From: a virus
Taxonomy: Duplodnaviria; Caudoviricetes
Reading direction: 5' to 3' (one strand)
Virus record (IMG/VR): IMGVR_UViG_2518645549_000001
Coordinates: 32,001-96,000 of that record
Length of the DNA: 64,000 nt
In this document: positions 36,814 through 45,650 of the stretch, piece by piece
Numbering within the stretch: position 1 is the stretch's first letter
Layout: the number at the start of each line of letters is the position of its first letter
Made by a program: the position numbers and the translations under genes
Notes under the pieces: generated by a model
The model's database searches: none
What the model saw: only the letters and a program-made list of their open reading frames with translations
Told to the model about the DNA's origin: nothing

Positions 36814-37620
36814 CTACACCAGATGAGCATTCCAAACCAACAGAACGCGGGCTTGGATGTAGGTCATGTCCCGGCGGATCATCCGATCCTTGTGCCGCGG
36901 GTTGTCCGAAATCATTTCATAGTGTTCCTCATCAGCAACCTGCAGGCGCTTGATGTAGAGCAGGTCATCCCAGACGAAGAGGTAGATCCCGTCGCCAACG
37001 AACTCGCGTACGTTGATGTTCACGATTAGCGGGTCGCGGTGTTTGATGGTGGGCTCCATCGACTGGCCCCAGCCGGTGACCACTTTCAGGTGGTAGTGCT
37101 CCTCAAACTCAACGCCGATTTCCCGCAGGTGGCTGGGGCTGACGCGAATGTCCTTGAGCATTTCCGGATAGTCGTGCGGGAGCTGGCCGCCACCCATTGC
37201 TGCGCGGATATCGTAGTGGGCGATCCGGACCTCATCTCCGACTAGGCCAGGGCGCTTTATGTCCTCAGGCACGACGCCAGAGGAGGAAAAATCCTCAGCC
37301 GCGGCTATCAAGCGCTGGCGGGCTTCTTCCGGAATGCCCTTGCCACTTTTGGCAAGCATCAGCTTAACCAAGTCGGTCGTGCTTCGTGCTGTTGTGGCAA
37401 GAGCCTCGACGACAGGCTGATTAAGCAGTAGCTCGGACTGGTCGACGCCCAGGGCTGATGCCATGGCCGCGATGTCCGCCAAGGTCGGCTCTCTCGTACC
37501 TGCCTCGTAATTCCCGACCCGAGATTGCGACTTCCAGCCACAGGCCTCTGCCAGTTGGGCCTGGGACATTCCCGTCGCTTTTCTCAGGCGCTTGATGCGC
37601 TGGCTCAATGATTCATTCAT
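36814..37620 (-). CDS. cI: CI repressor (HTH + S24 peptidase)
   Basis: HTH SQAQLAEACG..QSRVGNYE; A.MG.G cleavage site, GQSMEP, YIKRL. Confidence 0.93.
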   Translation of the reverse strand: MNESLSQRIKRLRKATGMSQAQLAEACGWKSQSRVGNYEAGTREPTLADIAAMASALGVDQSELLLNQPVVEALATTARSTTDLVKLMLAKSGKGIPEEARQRLIAAAEDFSSSGVVPEDIKRPGLVGDEVRIAHYDIRAAMGGGQLPHDYPEMLKDIRVSPSHLREIGVEFEEHYHLKVVTGWGQSMEPTIKHRDPLIVNINVREFVGDGIYLFVWDDLLYIKRLQVADEEHYEMISDNPRHKDRMIRRDMTYIQARVLLVWNAHLV

Positions 37621-37632
37621 GCGCGGGATTTC

Positions 37633-37699
37633 ATCACGAAATGAAATGACCGGCTTTCACTTATTGTGTTTGCAATTAACACGAAACGTGTTTTATCCT
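37633..37699. promoter_or_regulatory. OR operators and PR
   Basis: AACACGAAACGTGTT (37678-37692), TTCACTTATTGTGTT (37656-37670); TTGCAA...TATCCT. Confidence 0.75.
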
Positions 37700-37724
37700 T
37701 CGGTCATCAGTGGAGGAAGACCGT

Positions 37725-37940
37725 ATGAACCAAGTCCGAACGATTCGCGAAAGGGCTGGCGTTACCCAGGCAGCGCTGCGCCGTCAGCTCGGCTGGAATC
37801 AGTCCCGCCTGGCCAACTACGAATCAGGCCTGCGTAACCCAGGGCTGCAAGAGGCGCGACTCATTGTGGAAGCGCTGAACGTCCTCGGTGCCAGTTGTGC
37901 CCTGGACGATGCGTTTCCGCCTGCGCAAGTCGCCGCCTAA
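37725..37940 (+). CDS. cro: Cro-like repressor
   Basis: HTH TQAAL...QSRLANYE, divergent from cI with similar recognition helix. Confidence 0.88.
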   Translation: MNQVRTIRERAGVTQAALRRQLGWNQSRLANYESGLRNPGLQEARLIVEALNVLGASCALDDAFPPAQVAA

Positions 37941-37970
37941 CCATTTCCAATTGCAAGGAGCCATCACCGC

Positions 37971-38159
37971 ATGTACGCCAACCCCAAGCATCTGCATGAC
38001 CGTGAGATCAAGGTCCGGGTCGATGAGGACACCTTTGAACTGATCCAGGCGCTGGCAAAGTTTCATCGCACTCAGCGCGCTGTGCTCTGCCGTGAGCTGC
38101 TTGAGGCTCAGCTGGCTGCCTTGGCTTCGGAGAATACCGGCGATCAGCACGTGGCCTGA
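37971..38159 (+). CDS. Small RHH-like regulator (cII position)
   Basis: IKVRVDEDT...RAVLCRELL. Confidence 0.6.
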   Translation: MYANPKHLHDREIKVRVDEDTFELIQALAKFHRTQRAVLCRELLEAQLAALASENTGDQHVA

Positions 38160-38177
38160 AGGCCCTTAGGAGGCCCC

Positions 38178-38357
38178 ATGCCGATTGAAGAAATCGGATT
38201 GGACCAGAGGCAGATGGAGCAGTTGGAGAAAGAGGCGATGAGAAGGGGTGTAAGCCCTGAGGCGCTGGCAGCTGAGCTGATCCGTCGAGAACTGGCCAAC
38301 CGAACCAAGCCTCGCAACCCGCGAGGAGTCGTGACCCCGTTTCATCGAAAGGCCTGA
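38178..38357 (+). CDS. Small RHH-like protein
   Basis: AGGAGG RBS; MPIEEIGLD..LEKEAMRRGVSPEALAAELI. Confidence 0.55.
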   Translation: MPIEEIGLDQRQMEQLEKEAMRRGVSPEALAAELIRRELANRTKPRNPRGVVTPFHRKA

Positions 38358-38445
38358 ACAGGCCCTGATAAGCCCGAATCGCGGGCACAAAAAAGCCGGG
38401 TTCGCGGCCCGGCTCTCTGCGAAACACAAATCTTTGAAGGGGATT

Positions 38446-39246
38446 ATGCATATGCAGACCCAAATTGTACAGGCCTTGCAAAGGGTCGCGCCACAAAATG
38501 CGAACCACGATTTCGTAGCGCGCACGATGTCGTCGCGCGAAATCGCTGAACTGACTGGAAAGCAGCATCAGCACGTAAAGCGCGACATCGAGAAGATGCT
38601 TGGCGACCTGAAAGAAGATGCGTCCAACTTTGGACAGATCTATTTCGACTCGCAAAACCGGGCTCGGCGCGAGTATTGCCTGGACCGTGAGCACACCGAC
38701 TGCCTGCTTACCGGCTACAGCGCCGCTATGCGCATGGCGGTTATTAAACGCTGGCGCGAACTCGAAGACCAAGCCACGCCGGCGGCACCGGCCGACTTGA
38801 GCAAGCTGGAAATCCTCCAGATGGCCCTGGAGTCGGAGCAGGCCCGCGTGCTGCTCACGGTCCAGGTCGAGGCCCAGGCCAAAAAGATCGACCACCTGGA
38901 GAGCCTGTTCAAGGAAGGCGAGACGGCAGCGCAGTTCTGCAAGCAGCTGAATGGTGTCAACGTCATGCAGGTGAACGGCTACCTCAAGGATAAGAACTGG
39001 CTTTTCACTGAGGGGCGGTCCGGTACCCGCTGGCGGGTAACTTCGTATGCTCGCGACCGCTACATGACCGAGCACCACAACGAGATCACGCCGCATGGCA
39101 AAGAGGCGTTCATCGCCTATACGCCGATTCTCCTCCGAAAAGGCGCAGCACGCCTCTACGACCTGTACCTGGCCGGGGAGCTACCCATGAAGAAGAACTG
39201 GGACGGCCTGCACACCCATGACAAGGCCGTGCGAGGTGCAGCATGA
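38446..39246 (+). CDS. Rha-family/KilAC antirepressor
   Basis: MSSREIAELTGKQH.HVKRDI, TGYSA..R..VIKRW. Confidence 0.85.
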   Translation: MHMQTQIVQALQRVAPQNANHDFVARTMSSREIAELTGKQHQHVKRDIEKMLGDLKEDASNFGQIYFDSQNRARREYCLDREHTDCLLTGYSAAMRMAVIKRWRELEDQATPAAPADLSKLEILQMALESEQARVLLTVQVEAQAKKIDHLESLFKEGETAAQFCKQLNGVNVMQVNGYLKDKNWLFTEGRSGTRWRVTSYARDRYMTEHHNEITPHGKEAFIAYTPILLRKGAARLYDLYLAGELPMKKNWDGLHTHDKAVRGAA

Positions 39247-39443
39247 GCGACTTCGTGAAGGTTTCGTTGCGCGAATGCACCGACCAAGCCGCCCGCGGCG
39301 AATGTGGCTGGGTGTGTGCCGATTGCTGCATGTCGGACCCAGGCGGGATGGCAGATGAGTGTTTTCACAAGAACCAGCAGTGCACCGAAATCATCAAGCG
39401 CGACAAGCTGCATGCCATGCGTGAAGGGAACGAGCCGTCATGA
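39243..39443 (+). CDS. Small Cys-rich hypothetical protein
   Basis: ATGA-coupled both ends. Confidence 0.5.
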   Translation: MSDFVKVSLRECTDQAARGECGWVCADCCMSDPGGMADECFHKNQQCTEIIKRDKLHAMREGNEPS

Positions 39444-40348
39444 GCATGGAATTGATGGTCAAGGCCATGAAGACCAAGGTCGGTAATCCGCTGCGCAAGC
39501 TGGTGCTAATCAAGCTGGCCGACAACGCGAGCGACCAGGGCGAATGCTGGCCGTCGTATCAGCACATCGCCGATCAGTGCGAGATCAGCAAGCGCTCTGT
39601 GATGAACCACATCAACACCCTGTGCGGTGCTGGCCTGTTGCGCAAGGAGATTCGCAAGGGCGGGCCAAAGGGTAACTCCTCTAACGTCTACTACCTCACC
39701 TTGAGTGGTGCAGCAGATTCACTAGGGGTAGTGCAGCAGATTCACCAGGGTAGTGCAGCAGGTTCACCCCCTAGTGCAGCAGATTCACTAGGGGGTAGCG
39801 CAGGAGCTGCACCCAGAACCAGTCACTCTTTTGAATCAGTAAAGGAACCAGTCATTGAACCAGTTTCGACCCAGGCTGAAGCCATGGTCGCGGAGGGTAT
39901 CGTGATTCCGTTCGCGGCTCAGCAACCCCGCTGCGAAATTCCTGCTGACATGCCAGGACCGAAGGATTCGAACTGCAAAACGTTCAAGGCCTGGGCGAAC
40001 TACGCCATGGCTTACCGTAAGCGCTACCACGCCTGGCCAGTGTGGAACGCCAAGTCAGGCGGGCAGGTTGGGCAACTCATCAGTCGTCTCGGCATCGACG
40101 TTGCCCACCATGTGGCCGCGTACTTCCTGACTGTCAACGACGCGCGCTTGATCAACGGCTGCCACAACCTGGGCGACCTGCTGGCCAAGGCCGAGGCCTA
40201 CCACACACAGTGGGTGACCAATCGCCAGATGAACGCCACGACTGCCCGGCAGTTGGAGCAGACCCAGGCCAACATCAACGCGGCCCAGGAAGCGGCTGAT
40301 TCGATCCTGAACGGCAAGGGAGGACAGCGGAATGCTTTCCTTGGCTGA
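39440..40348 (+). CDS. Replication initiator (O-like)
   Basis: KLVLIKLADNA..GECWPS HTH, internal iterons. Confidence 0.88.
   Translation: MSMELMVKAMKTKVGNPLRKLVLIKLADNASDQGECWPSYQHIADQCEISKRSVMNHINTLCGAGLLRKEIRKGGPKGNSSNVYYLTLSGAADSLGVVQQIHQGSAAGSPPSAADSLGGSAGAAPRTSHSFESVKEPVIEPVSTQAEAMVAEGIVIPFAAQQPRCEIPADMPGPKDSNCKTFKAWANYAMAYRKRYHAWPVWNAKSGGQVGQLISRLGIDVAHHVAAYFLTVNDARLINGCHNLGDLLAKAEAYHTQWVTNRQMNATTARQLEQTQANINAAQEAADSILNGKGGQRNAFLG
39708..39814. repeat. Replication origin iterons
   Basis: About five copies of GTGCAGCAG(A/G)TTCAC spaced 21-24 nt. Confidence 0.85.
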
Positions 40349-41138
40349 AATTGCTGATCTTGCAAAGGCAATCTGCGCAACTGCTGAAGCAATGGGGCAG
40401 ACCATCAGTGGCGGAGGCGCTCAGCTCATCGCTGAAGACCTTTCGGCCTATGACCCTGCCACCATCATCGGCGCGCTGCGTTCATGCCGCAGAGAGCCAG
40501 CCGGGCGCCTCTCGCTTGGCATGGTCCTCAAGCACGTCCACGCGGCTGATAGCCGCCCCGGGAAAGATGAGGCTTGGTCGATCGCCCTGGCGGCCAGTGA
40601 TGAGCACGTGACCGTGGTGCTCACCACTGAAGTCCGCCAGGCGATGATCGCCTCCGGGCCGATCCTTGAGGCTGGCGACAAGGTCGGCGCCCGCATGGCG
40701 TTCATGAGCGCCTACGAGCGCTTGGTCAGCTTCGCCCGCGCCGAGGACCAGCCGGCCAAGTGGGAGGTGTCGCTGGGCTACGACGCTGGCCGCCGGGTAA
40801 CGGCTATTGAATCCGCCGTCCGCGCCCAGCTCATTACCCACGAGACGGGTGCCAAGTACCTGGCCGACCTGCGCATCGCACCGATCACCGATGACGGCCA
40901 GGCCATCGCCGGCCTACTCACTGGCGAAGTGCGCGCTAAGGTCAGCCCCAAGGTTCGCGAGAAGCTGGCCGAAGTACGCTGCATCCTCATCGCCGCCAAG
41001 GCCAAGAAGGATCGCGAGCGCGCCAAGGAATCCCAGCGCCGCCGAGTCGATACTTACCTGCGCAAGCGGCAGACACGCGCCGCAGTCGCTCAGTTGAACA
41101 TCAAGCGCGCCGGGCAGCCGGCCGGGGAGGGGGTGTGA
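40332..41138 (+). CDS. Replication protein P-like (helicase loader)
   Basis: Follows O; RPG.DEAW, DKVGARMAF..AYER. Confidence 0.7.
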   Translation: MLSLAEIADLAKAICATAEAMGQTISGGGAQLIAEDLSAYDPATIIGALRSCRREPAGRLSLGMVLKHVHAADSRPGKDEAWSIALAASDEHVTVVLTTEVRQAMIASGPILEAGDKVGARMAFMSAYERLVSFARAEDQPAKWEVSLGYDAGRRVTAIESAVRAQLITHETGAKYLADLRIAPITDDGQAIAGLLTGEVRAKVSPKVREKLAEVRCILIAAKAKKDRERAKESQRRRVDTYLRKRQTRAAVAQLNIKRAGQPAGEGV

Positions 41139-41293
41139 TGAATTCCCTGTGGCTGGCTTTCGTCTTCGCGCTGTGCGCACTGGGCGGATGGGTTGGCGCC
41201 CACGAGAGCATCAAGAACGACTGCGATCGTATCGGCGGCTTCTACATCGGCAACACCACCTACAACTGCACCATCGGGAGAGCCAGGCCATGA
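41138..41293 (+). CDS. Small membrane protein
   Basis: MNSLWLAF...CDRIGGFYIG..YNC, coupled. Confidence 0.5.
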   Translation: MNSLWLAFVFALCALGGWVGAHESIKNDCDRIGGFYIGNTTYNCTIGRARP

Positions 41294-41760
41294 CCGAGAA
41301 GATCAGCGTCAACAGCCAGGCCAAGCTCTCCGAGGCCATCACCATGATGACCCGGCTGTTTCGCGAGAAGAAGTTCGTCGTTGTGAGCATACGCCCGGGT
41401 AAGGACCGCACCCTGGACCAGAACGCCCTGTGGTTTGCCATGTACGAACGCATCGCCAAGAGCACCGAGATGGGCGACATCGAGGACGTGCGCCGCTACT
41501 GCAAGCTGCACCTGGGAGTGCCGATCATGCGCGCCGGTTGCGCCGAGTTCCGCACCGGCTGGGCTGAGTCGTTCATCCACCTGGATTACGACGTGAAGCT
41601 GCGCCTGATGGGGCCGTGCGCCATGTTCGGGCCGGATGGGTTCCCGGTGACTCGGTTGTTCGACCGCGCCCAGGGCTGCCAGTACACCGACCGGATCGTG
41701 GCCGAGTTCGCGCCGCAGGGCGTGTTCTTTGGTGACCTGCTGAGTGAGGAGGCGGCATGA
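41290..41760 (+). CDS. NinB-like protein
   Basis: RTLDQNAL W motif. Confidence 0.7.
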   Translation: MTEKISVNSQAKLSEAITMMTRLFREKKFVVVSIRPGKDRTLDQNALWFAMYERIAKSTEMGDIEDVRRYCKLHLGVPIMRAGCAEFRTGWAESFIHLDYDVKLRLMGPCAMFGPDGFPVTRLFDRAQGCQYTDRIVAEFAPQGVFFGDLLSEEAA

Positions 41761-42362
41761 CATTGGCCAAGGAGATCAAGCCGAAGAAGTGCAAGGCACC
41801 AGGTTGCGGCAAGCTCTTCAAGCCGACAATGACCACGCAGAAGGTGTGCGGCATCGCATGTGCCAAGGTCATGGCCAAAGATCCGAAGCTGCAGAAGGTT
41901 GCGGCCAAGGCAATCACGAAGCAGGCCCGCCAGGACCTGCAGGAGCGCCGGGAGAAGCTGAAGACCCGCCGCGAGCACATGGCCGAGGCGCAGACCGCGT
42001 TCAATGCCTACATTCGCGAGCGCGACGCCGGTCTGCCGTGCATCAGCTGCGATTCGAACCCGAGTGACCACGACCTCATCACCGGTAGCCGCTGGGACGC
42101 CGGCCACTATCGGTCGGTCGGCGCCTGCCCAGAGCTGCGCTTCGAGCCGCTCAACGTGCACCGCCAGTGTGTGAAATGCAACCGGAACCTGTCGGGCAAC
42201 GCTGTCGAGTACCGGATCTGTCTCGTGAAGCGCATTGGTGCCGACCAGGTTGAATGGCTGGAAGGGCCTCATAAGCCCCAGCGCCTGACCATCGAAGACC
42301 TGCAGGCCATCAAGGCCCTGTACAGGCAGAAGCTCAAAGACCTGAGGAGGGCTGCAGCATGA
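41757..42362 (+). CDS. ninG: NinG/Rap endonuclease
   Basis: FNAYIRERD..PCISC, DAGHYRS, N.H.QC..CN. Confidence 0.9.
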   Translation: MTLAKEIKPKKCKAPGCGKLFKPTMTTQKVCGIACAKVMAKDPKLQKVAAKAITKQARQDLQERREKLKTRREHMAEAQTAFNAYIRERDAGLPCISCDSNPSDHDLITGSRWDAGHYRSVGACPELRFEPLNVHRQCVKCNRNLSGNAVEYRICLVKRIGADQVEWLEGPHKPQRLTIEDLQAIKALYRQKLKDLRRAAA

Positions 42363-42505
42363 CACCAGCATGGGGATTCCTGATTTTGGCCACCCTCATG
42401 GTGGTGGGTGGTGTGGCGTTGTCTTGGGCTGGCGCAGTGCGCCGCAAGCGCAGTTACGAAGAATTCATTTTGAGCAAGGCCAAGCAGGCAGGGGGTAAAC
42501 CATGA
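42359..42505 (+). CDS. Small TM protein
   Basis: 48 aa, coupled by ATGA overlaps. Confidence 0.5.
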   Translation: MTPAWGFLILATLMVVGGVALSWAGAVRRKRSYEEFILSKAKQAGGKP

Positions 42506-43191
42506 AATACCAGAGCGTGTTGGCGGCAGTGGTTCGCGCCCTTGCGGCAGAGACCATGAGCGGCGTGGGTGGCGGGGACTTCGAGCCGAAGGTCCAGGCA
42601 TCAAAGCTGAAGGGTGAGATCACCGGGAAGGATGCGGCCCTGCTGGTGGATTGTTGGGTGCACGCCCGTCTACACAGCAAGCTGATCCCGCGGCACTGGA
42701 ATGCACTGACGGCAAGGTTCTCCACCCACAAGGCCAAGAAGGTGGATGCGATCGGAAAGCTGGTCCCGCTGATCGCCACCCAGGCGCCGAACCTGTTCCG
42801 TTACAAAGCGGTCACTGCCTGGGCCATCCCGCCCGTGAAAGGAATGCAAGCGTATTCGGGGAATGAGGTGGCCAGGCGTGCTGCCCGCGAGCGTGCAGAA
42901 TTCGACTCGCTGCATGCAGGCGTGGTCAAGCGCCTGGAGGGAGGCGAGATGCCAGAGGATGCCGGCCAGGCGCGCCGTGAGCAGTACGTGAAGCGCTCCA
43001 CTGACATGATCGTGCTGCCGGCCGAGTTCTACGACATCAACACCTGGGATGGCCAGGGCCTGAATCGGACCACGTACTGGCGCTGGAAGAAGGGGATTGA
43101 GAAGGTGCTGGACGATATGGTCGCCGAGGCTTTGGCTGCCTCCAGCAAGATCTTGGAGGAGGAAGGCGTTTTGATGGCAGATGCCGCTTGA
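42502..43191 (+). CDS. Late antiterminator Q-like
   Basis: Last gene of nin region, followed by promoter and terminators. Confidence 0.7.
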   Translation: MKYQSVLAAVVRALAAETMSGVGGGDFEPKVQASKLKGEITGKDAALLVDCWVHARLHSKLIPRHWNALTARFSTHKAKKVDAIGKLVPLIATQAPNLFRYKAVTAWAIPPVKGMQAYSGNEVARRAARERAEFDSLHAGVVKRLEGGEMPEDAGQARREQYVKRSTDMIVLPAEFYDINTWDGQGLNRTTYWRWKKGIEKVLDDMVAEALAASSKILEEEGVLMADAA

Positions 43192-43216
43192 CAACTCTGC
43201 AACGGTGCAACAAAAT
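43188..43216 (+). promoter_or_regulatory. Late promoter pR' with candidate Q-binding direct repeat
   Basis: TTGACA-N17-CAAAAT with TGCAAC twice in the spacer. Confidence 0.7.
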
Positions 43217-43260
43217 TCTTGCATCCTGTCATTCCTGCGCGTGTTGAGGAGTGACACGCA

Positions 43261-43335
43261 GAACCCGGCCATTGCGCCGGGTTTTTTATTGGCCCCATGA
43301 GGGCCTCAAGAGTCCCGGCCCAGTGCCGGGATTTC
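43261..43335 (+). terminator. tR' terminator(s)
   Basis: AACCCGGC/GCCGGGTT + T-run, then a second similar hairpin TCCCGGC/GCCGGGA. Confidence 0.8.
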
Positions 43336-43361
43336 TGTTTCTGGTGCAGGGACCCACTGCC

Positions 43362-43548
43362 AGCGTGGCCCGAAAGGGATAACTGGACGCGGATAAGCCG
43401 GTAGTGCCGCGATGCAGGAAAACACCGGCAGCCCGCGCACCCTTACCTCACATGCTCCGGGGTGGCGCGAGATCTGACCGGCGAGACCAGTGCAGTAGGG
43501 CGCTGGCGTCGGAGGGTCTTCGGCGGACAGGTGGGGAAAGACCCACAC
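43362..43548 (+). ncRNA. Candidate structured RNA in late leader
   Basis: Five consecutive stems incl. CCC-GAAA-GGG, GCCGGT/ACCGGC, CCAGTGC/GCGCTGG, GTGGG/CCCAC; no convincing ORF. Confidence 0.45.
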
Positions 43549-43551
43549 AAA

Positions 43552-43625
43552 GCGGGCAAGCAGCAGGTTTGCCGCCCGCCTTCCAAGCTGAGCAGAGAAG
43601 GGTTCGATTCCCTCTGCCCGCTCCA
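43552..43625 (+). tRNA. tRNA-Gly(TCC)-like, degenerate D and anticodon stems
   Basis: GCGGGCA/TGCCCGC acceptor, CTTCCAA loop, GGTTCGATTCC, TCCA end. Confidence 0.65.
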
Positions 43626-43781
43626 ATTTCGTTATGTGCTGCTCCGCACCTTCGCCCGGCCCTTCAGTAGGGCCTAAAAAAGCTTGTCAAAAAGTGCGAT
43701 AGCATTTTGCCTTGTCCGATTAAAGTTTTTGCTATCCCTGACGACACACCGGAGATGGATCCACAATTTTCGGAGTCTAGG

Positions 43782-44216
43782 ATGGGGTTTTTCGACAAGG
43801 TCAAGGAGCTTGCGCTCAAGGCAAAATGCGGAGTTGGTATTCACGGAGGTGATTACACCAAGGCGAGCGGCGGCCCGGCTTGCTTGTACGAAAAAACATG
43901 CCCCGATTGTTTCGATCACCTGACCAAGCATAAGCATGAATACGGTGATTTCTCGTACAAGAACCACCACACATGCACGATGATTCGCCATTGCGTCCAC
44001 TGCGCGCACGAAGACAATAAGGTGAAGCATGAAGGCTTTGCCGAGATGGGGATGGATGACTTCTGCAAAATTAAGGAGAAGTGCATTAGGTGTGGTTTCA
44101 GCCAAGTGAAGAAGGAAAGCCACACTTGGACTGAGGTGTCGAGAACTGATACCCACAAAAGAATGGAATGCTTCCGCTGCAACGCAAGTGAGACGCGGCC
44201 TCTATCCCGTCACTAA
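43782..44216 (+). CDS. Cys/His-rich repeat (Zn-binding) moron protein
   Basis: Four H-x-C..CxxC repeats; own RBS and terminator. Confidence 0.7.
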   Translation: MGFFDKVKELALKAKCGVGIHGGDYTKASGGPACLYEKTCPDCFDHLTKHKHEYGDFSYKNHHTCTMIRHCVHCAHEDNKVKHEGFAEMGMDDFCKIKEKCIRCGFSQVKKESHTWTEVSRTDTHKRMECFRCNASETRPLSRH

Positions 44217-44237
44217 AGCGTTGAAACTAGTCATCTC

Positions 44238-44265
44238 AAAGCCCAGGCCATGACCTGGGCTTTTT
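44238..44265 (+). terminator. Intrinsic terminator
   Basis: AAAGCCCAGG/CCTGGGCTTT + T-run. Confidence 0.8.
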
Positions 44266-44352
44266 CGTTCCGCCCCCAATTTTGAGCGCTGCTTTCCACG
44301 AGAGCCTGTGCCTGATCGGGGCCTCAAGCGGGTCTTTTTTTAGGAACAAAAC

Positions 44353-44664
44353 ATGGCCGAACCAGCAAGCACGACTGCCGGCGTCCTGCTGGTGAAGTAC
44401 GGCGTGATCATTGGTGGCTTCGCGGGCGCGATCCTCTCGCTGACCTTCCTGCGGGGTCTCACCCGCGGTCAGGCGGTCGCCGCCTTCTTCACCGGCTTCG
44501 CTTCGGCAGTCTTCTGCACCCCTCTCGCCATCAGCTACTTCAGTCTTGGCGCCAGCGGAGAAACCCAATACGGCGTGGCCTTTCTCATAGGCCTACTGGC
44601 AATGAACATCATCCCAGTCCTGAAGTCGGTGGTGAGTCAGTTCGGAGCCAAGGGGGCTAACTGA
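44353..44664 (+). CDS. Holin
   Basis: MAEPAST N-terminus, 3 TM, first late gene. Confidence 0.75.
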   Translation: MAEPASTTAGVLLVKYGVIIGGFAGAILSLTFLRGLTRGQAVAAFFTGFASAVFCTPLAISYFSLGASGETQYGVAFLIGLLAMNIIPVLKSVVSQFGAKGAN

Positions 44665-44933
44665 TGAGCTCTTCCCTGATTCCAGTCCTGGTCGGCACGA
44701 ATGCGTTCCTGAGCGTGCTGGTGGTGATCGCAGCATGCGACTACCTGCGCCGGATTCGGCCCATGGACCATCCGCTGCTAGCCGTCGCGTTCTACCTAGT
44801 GGCCATTGGAGCGTTTGGCTCGTTCGTCCTGGCCATGGGCGGGCAAGTGCCCACCCTGTACGGCGTGATCCTCAAGCTGGGGATCATCCTGTATGCCGTT
44901 GCCCGGCGCGGCCATGTGTTCCAGCCGGGGTAG
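44664..44933 (+). CDS. Holin-associated 3-TM protein
   Basis: Coupled to holin, hydrophobic. Confidence 0.6.
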   Translation: MSSSLIPVLVGTNAFLSVLVVIAACDYLRRIRPMDHPLLAVAFYLVAIGAFGSFVLAMGGQVPTLYGVILKLGIILYAVARRGHVFQPG

Positions 44934-44939
44934 GGCGGC

Positions 44940-45176
44940 TCAGTCAGTCCGCAGCAACGGGAACAGTTCCTCGGGATTGCGTGACGCGGCGTTCATTTTT
45001 TCGCATTCAGACGCGGCGTCCGACTTATTGGTAAACCCGCGCTTAAGGCGCTCCTTCTCTTGATTGTCGTAGATATCGAAGCCGCCGGAAGTTGTGGCGG
45101 CGTAGAACCGGTTGCCGATGCGGAAGGATTCACCTTCGATAGGCACAGCCGGAACGATAACGAATCTTGGTTGCAT
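44940..45176 (-). CDS. Hypothetical protein (antisense moron)
   Basis: GGAGG RBS; GFDIYDNQEKERL. Confidence 0.6.
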   Translation of the reverse strand: MQPRFVIVPAVPIEGESFRIGNRFYAATTSGGFDIYDNQEKERLKRGFTNKSDAASECEKMNAASRNPEELFPLLRTD

Positions 45177-45372
45177 GTGTCGGCCTCCCCAGGCAGAAGC
45201 CTAAGTATTAGTCCGGCAGGTGGAAGCAACAATATGACTCATCGAGACGATTCGATGGCGTGCCGTGTCACTAGCGCCAGTGGTTATCAGGTTTGCTAGA
45301 GCCAAATGGTTGAACCCCCCGCCACAAAATGAAGATGCGCCGTTTCGTGGCGCGACCACCAGAGGATCCACC

Positions 45373-45603
45373 ATGGACAACCAGCACAAGAAGATCACCG
45401 GTTACCGCGACCTCACTCAGAGCGAGATCGACGGTATGAACTCAATCTAGGCCCTGGAGGCCGATGCCGGTGAGCTGTTCAAGCAAATCGGCCAGATCGA
45501 AGGCGTGGACCAGCGTACCTTGGCCCTGGCCAAGACCAACCTGCAGCAAGGCTTCATGTGGTTTGTGCGCTCGATCGCCAAGCCGGCTAATCCGTTCGCC
45601 TGA
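45373..45603 (+). pseudogene. acb2: Anti-CBASS Acb2 with TAG at codon 26
   Basis: [28 protein letters not shown]...LALAKTNLQQGFMWFVRSIAKP matches the Acb2 family pattern; stop at 45448-45450. Confidence 0.85.
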
Positions 45604-45650
45604 TTCACCTGCCCATCACGCTCAGCCTGTGCGCAGGCCGGAGATATCCC

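Noticed and set aside
39708-39814. CRISPR-like or other repeat array
   Set aside because: Spacers only 6-9 nt, inside the O gene; these are origin iterons. No cas genes or CRISPR array seen in the window
44353-44933. Missing endolysin next to holin
   Set aside because: Split lysis cassettes with endolysin after the tail genes are common in Pseudomonas prophages, as prophage 1 shows
19614-45450. Stop-codon reassignment explaining in-frame stops
   Set aside because: The three stops are different (TAA, TGA, TAG), all are used as normal terminators elsewhere, and no suppressor tRNA is seen
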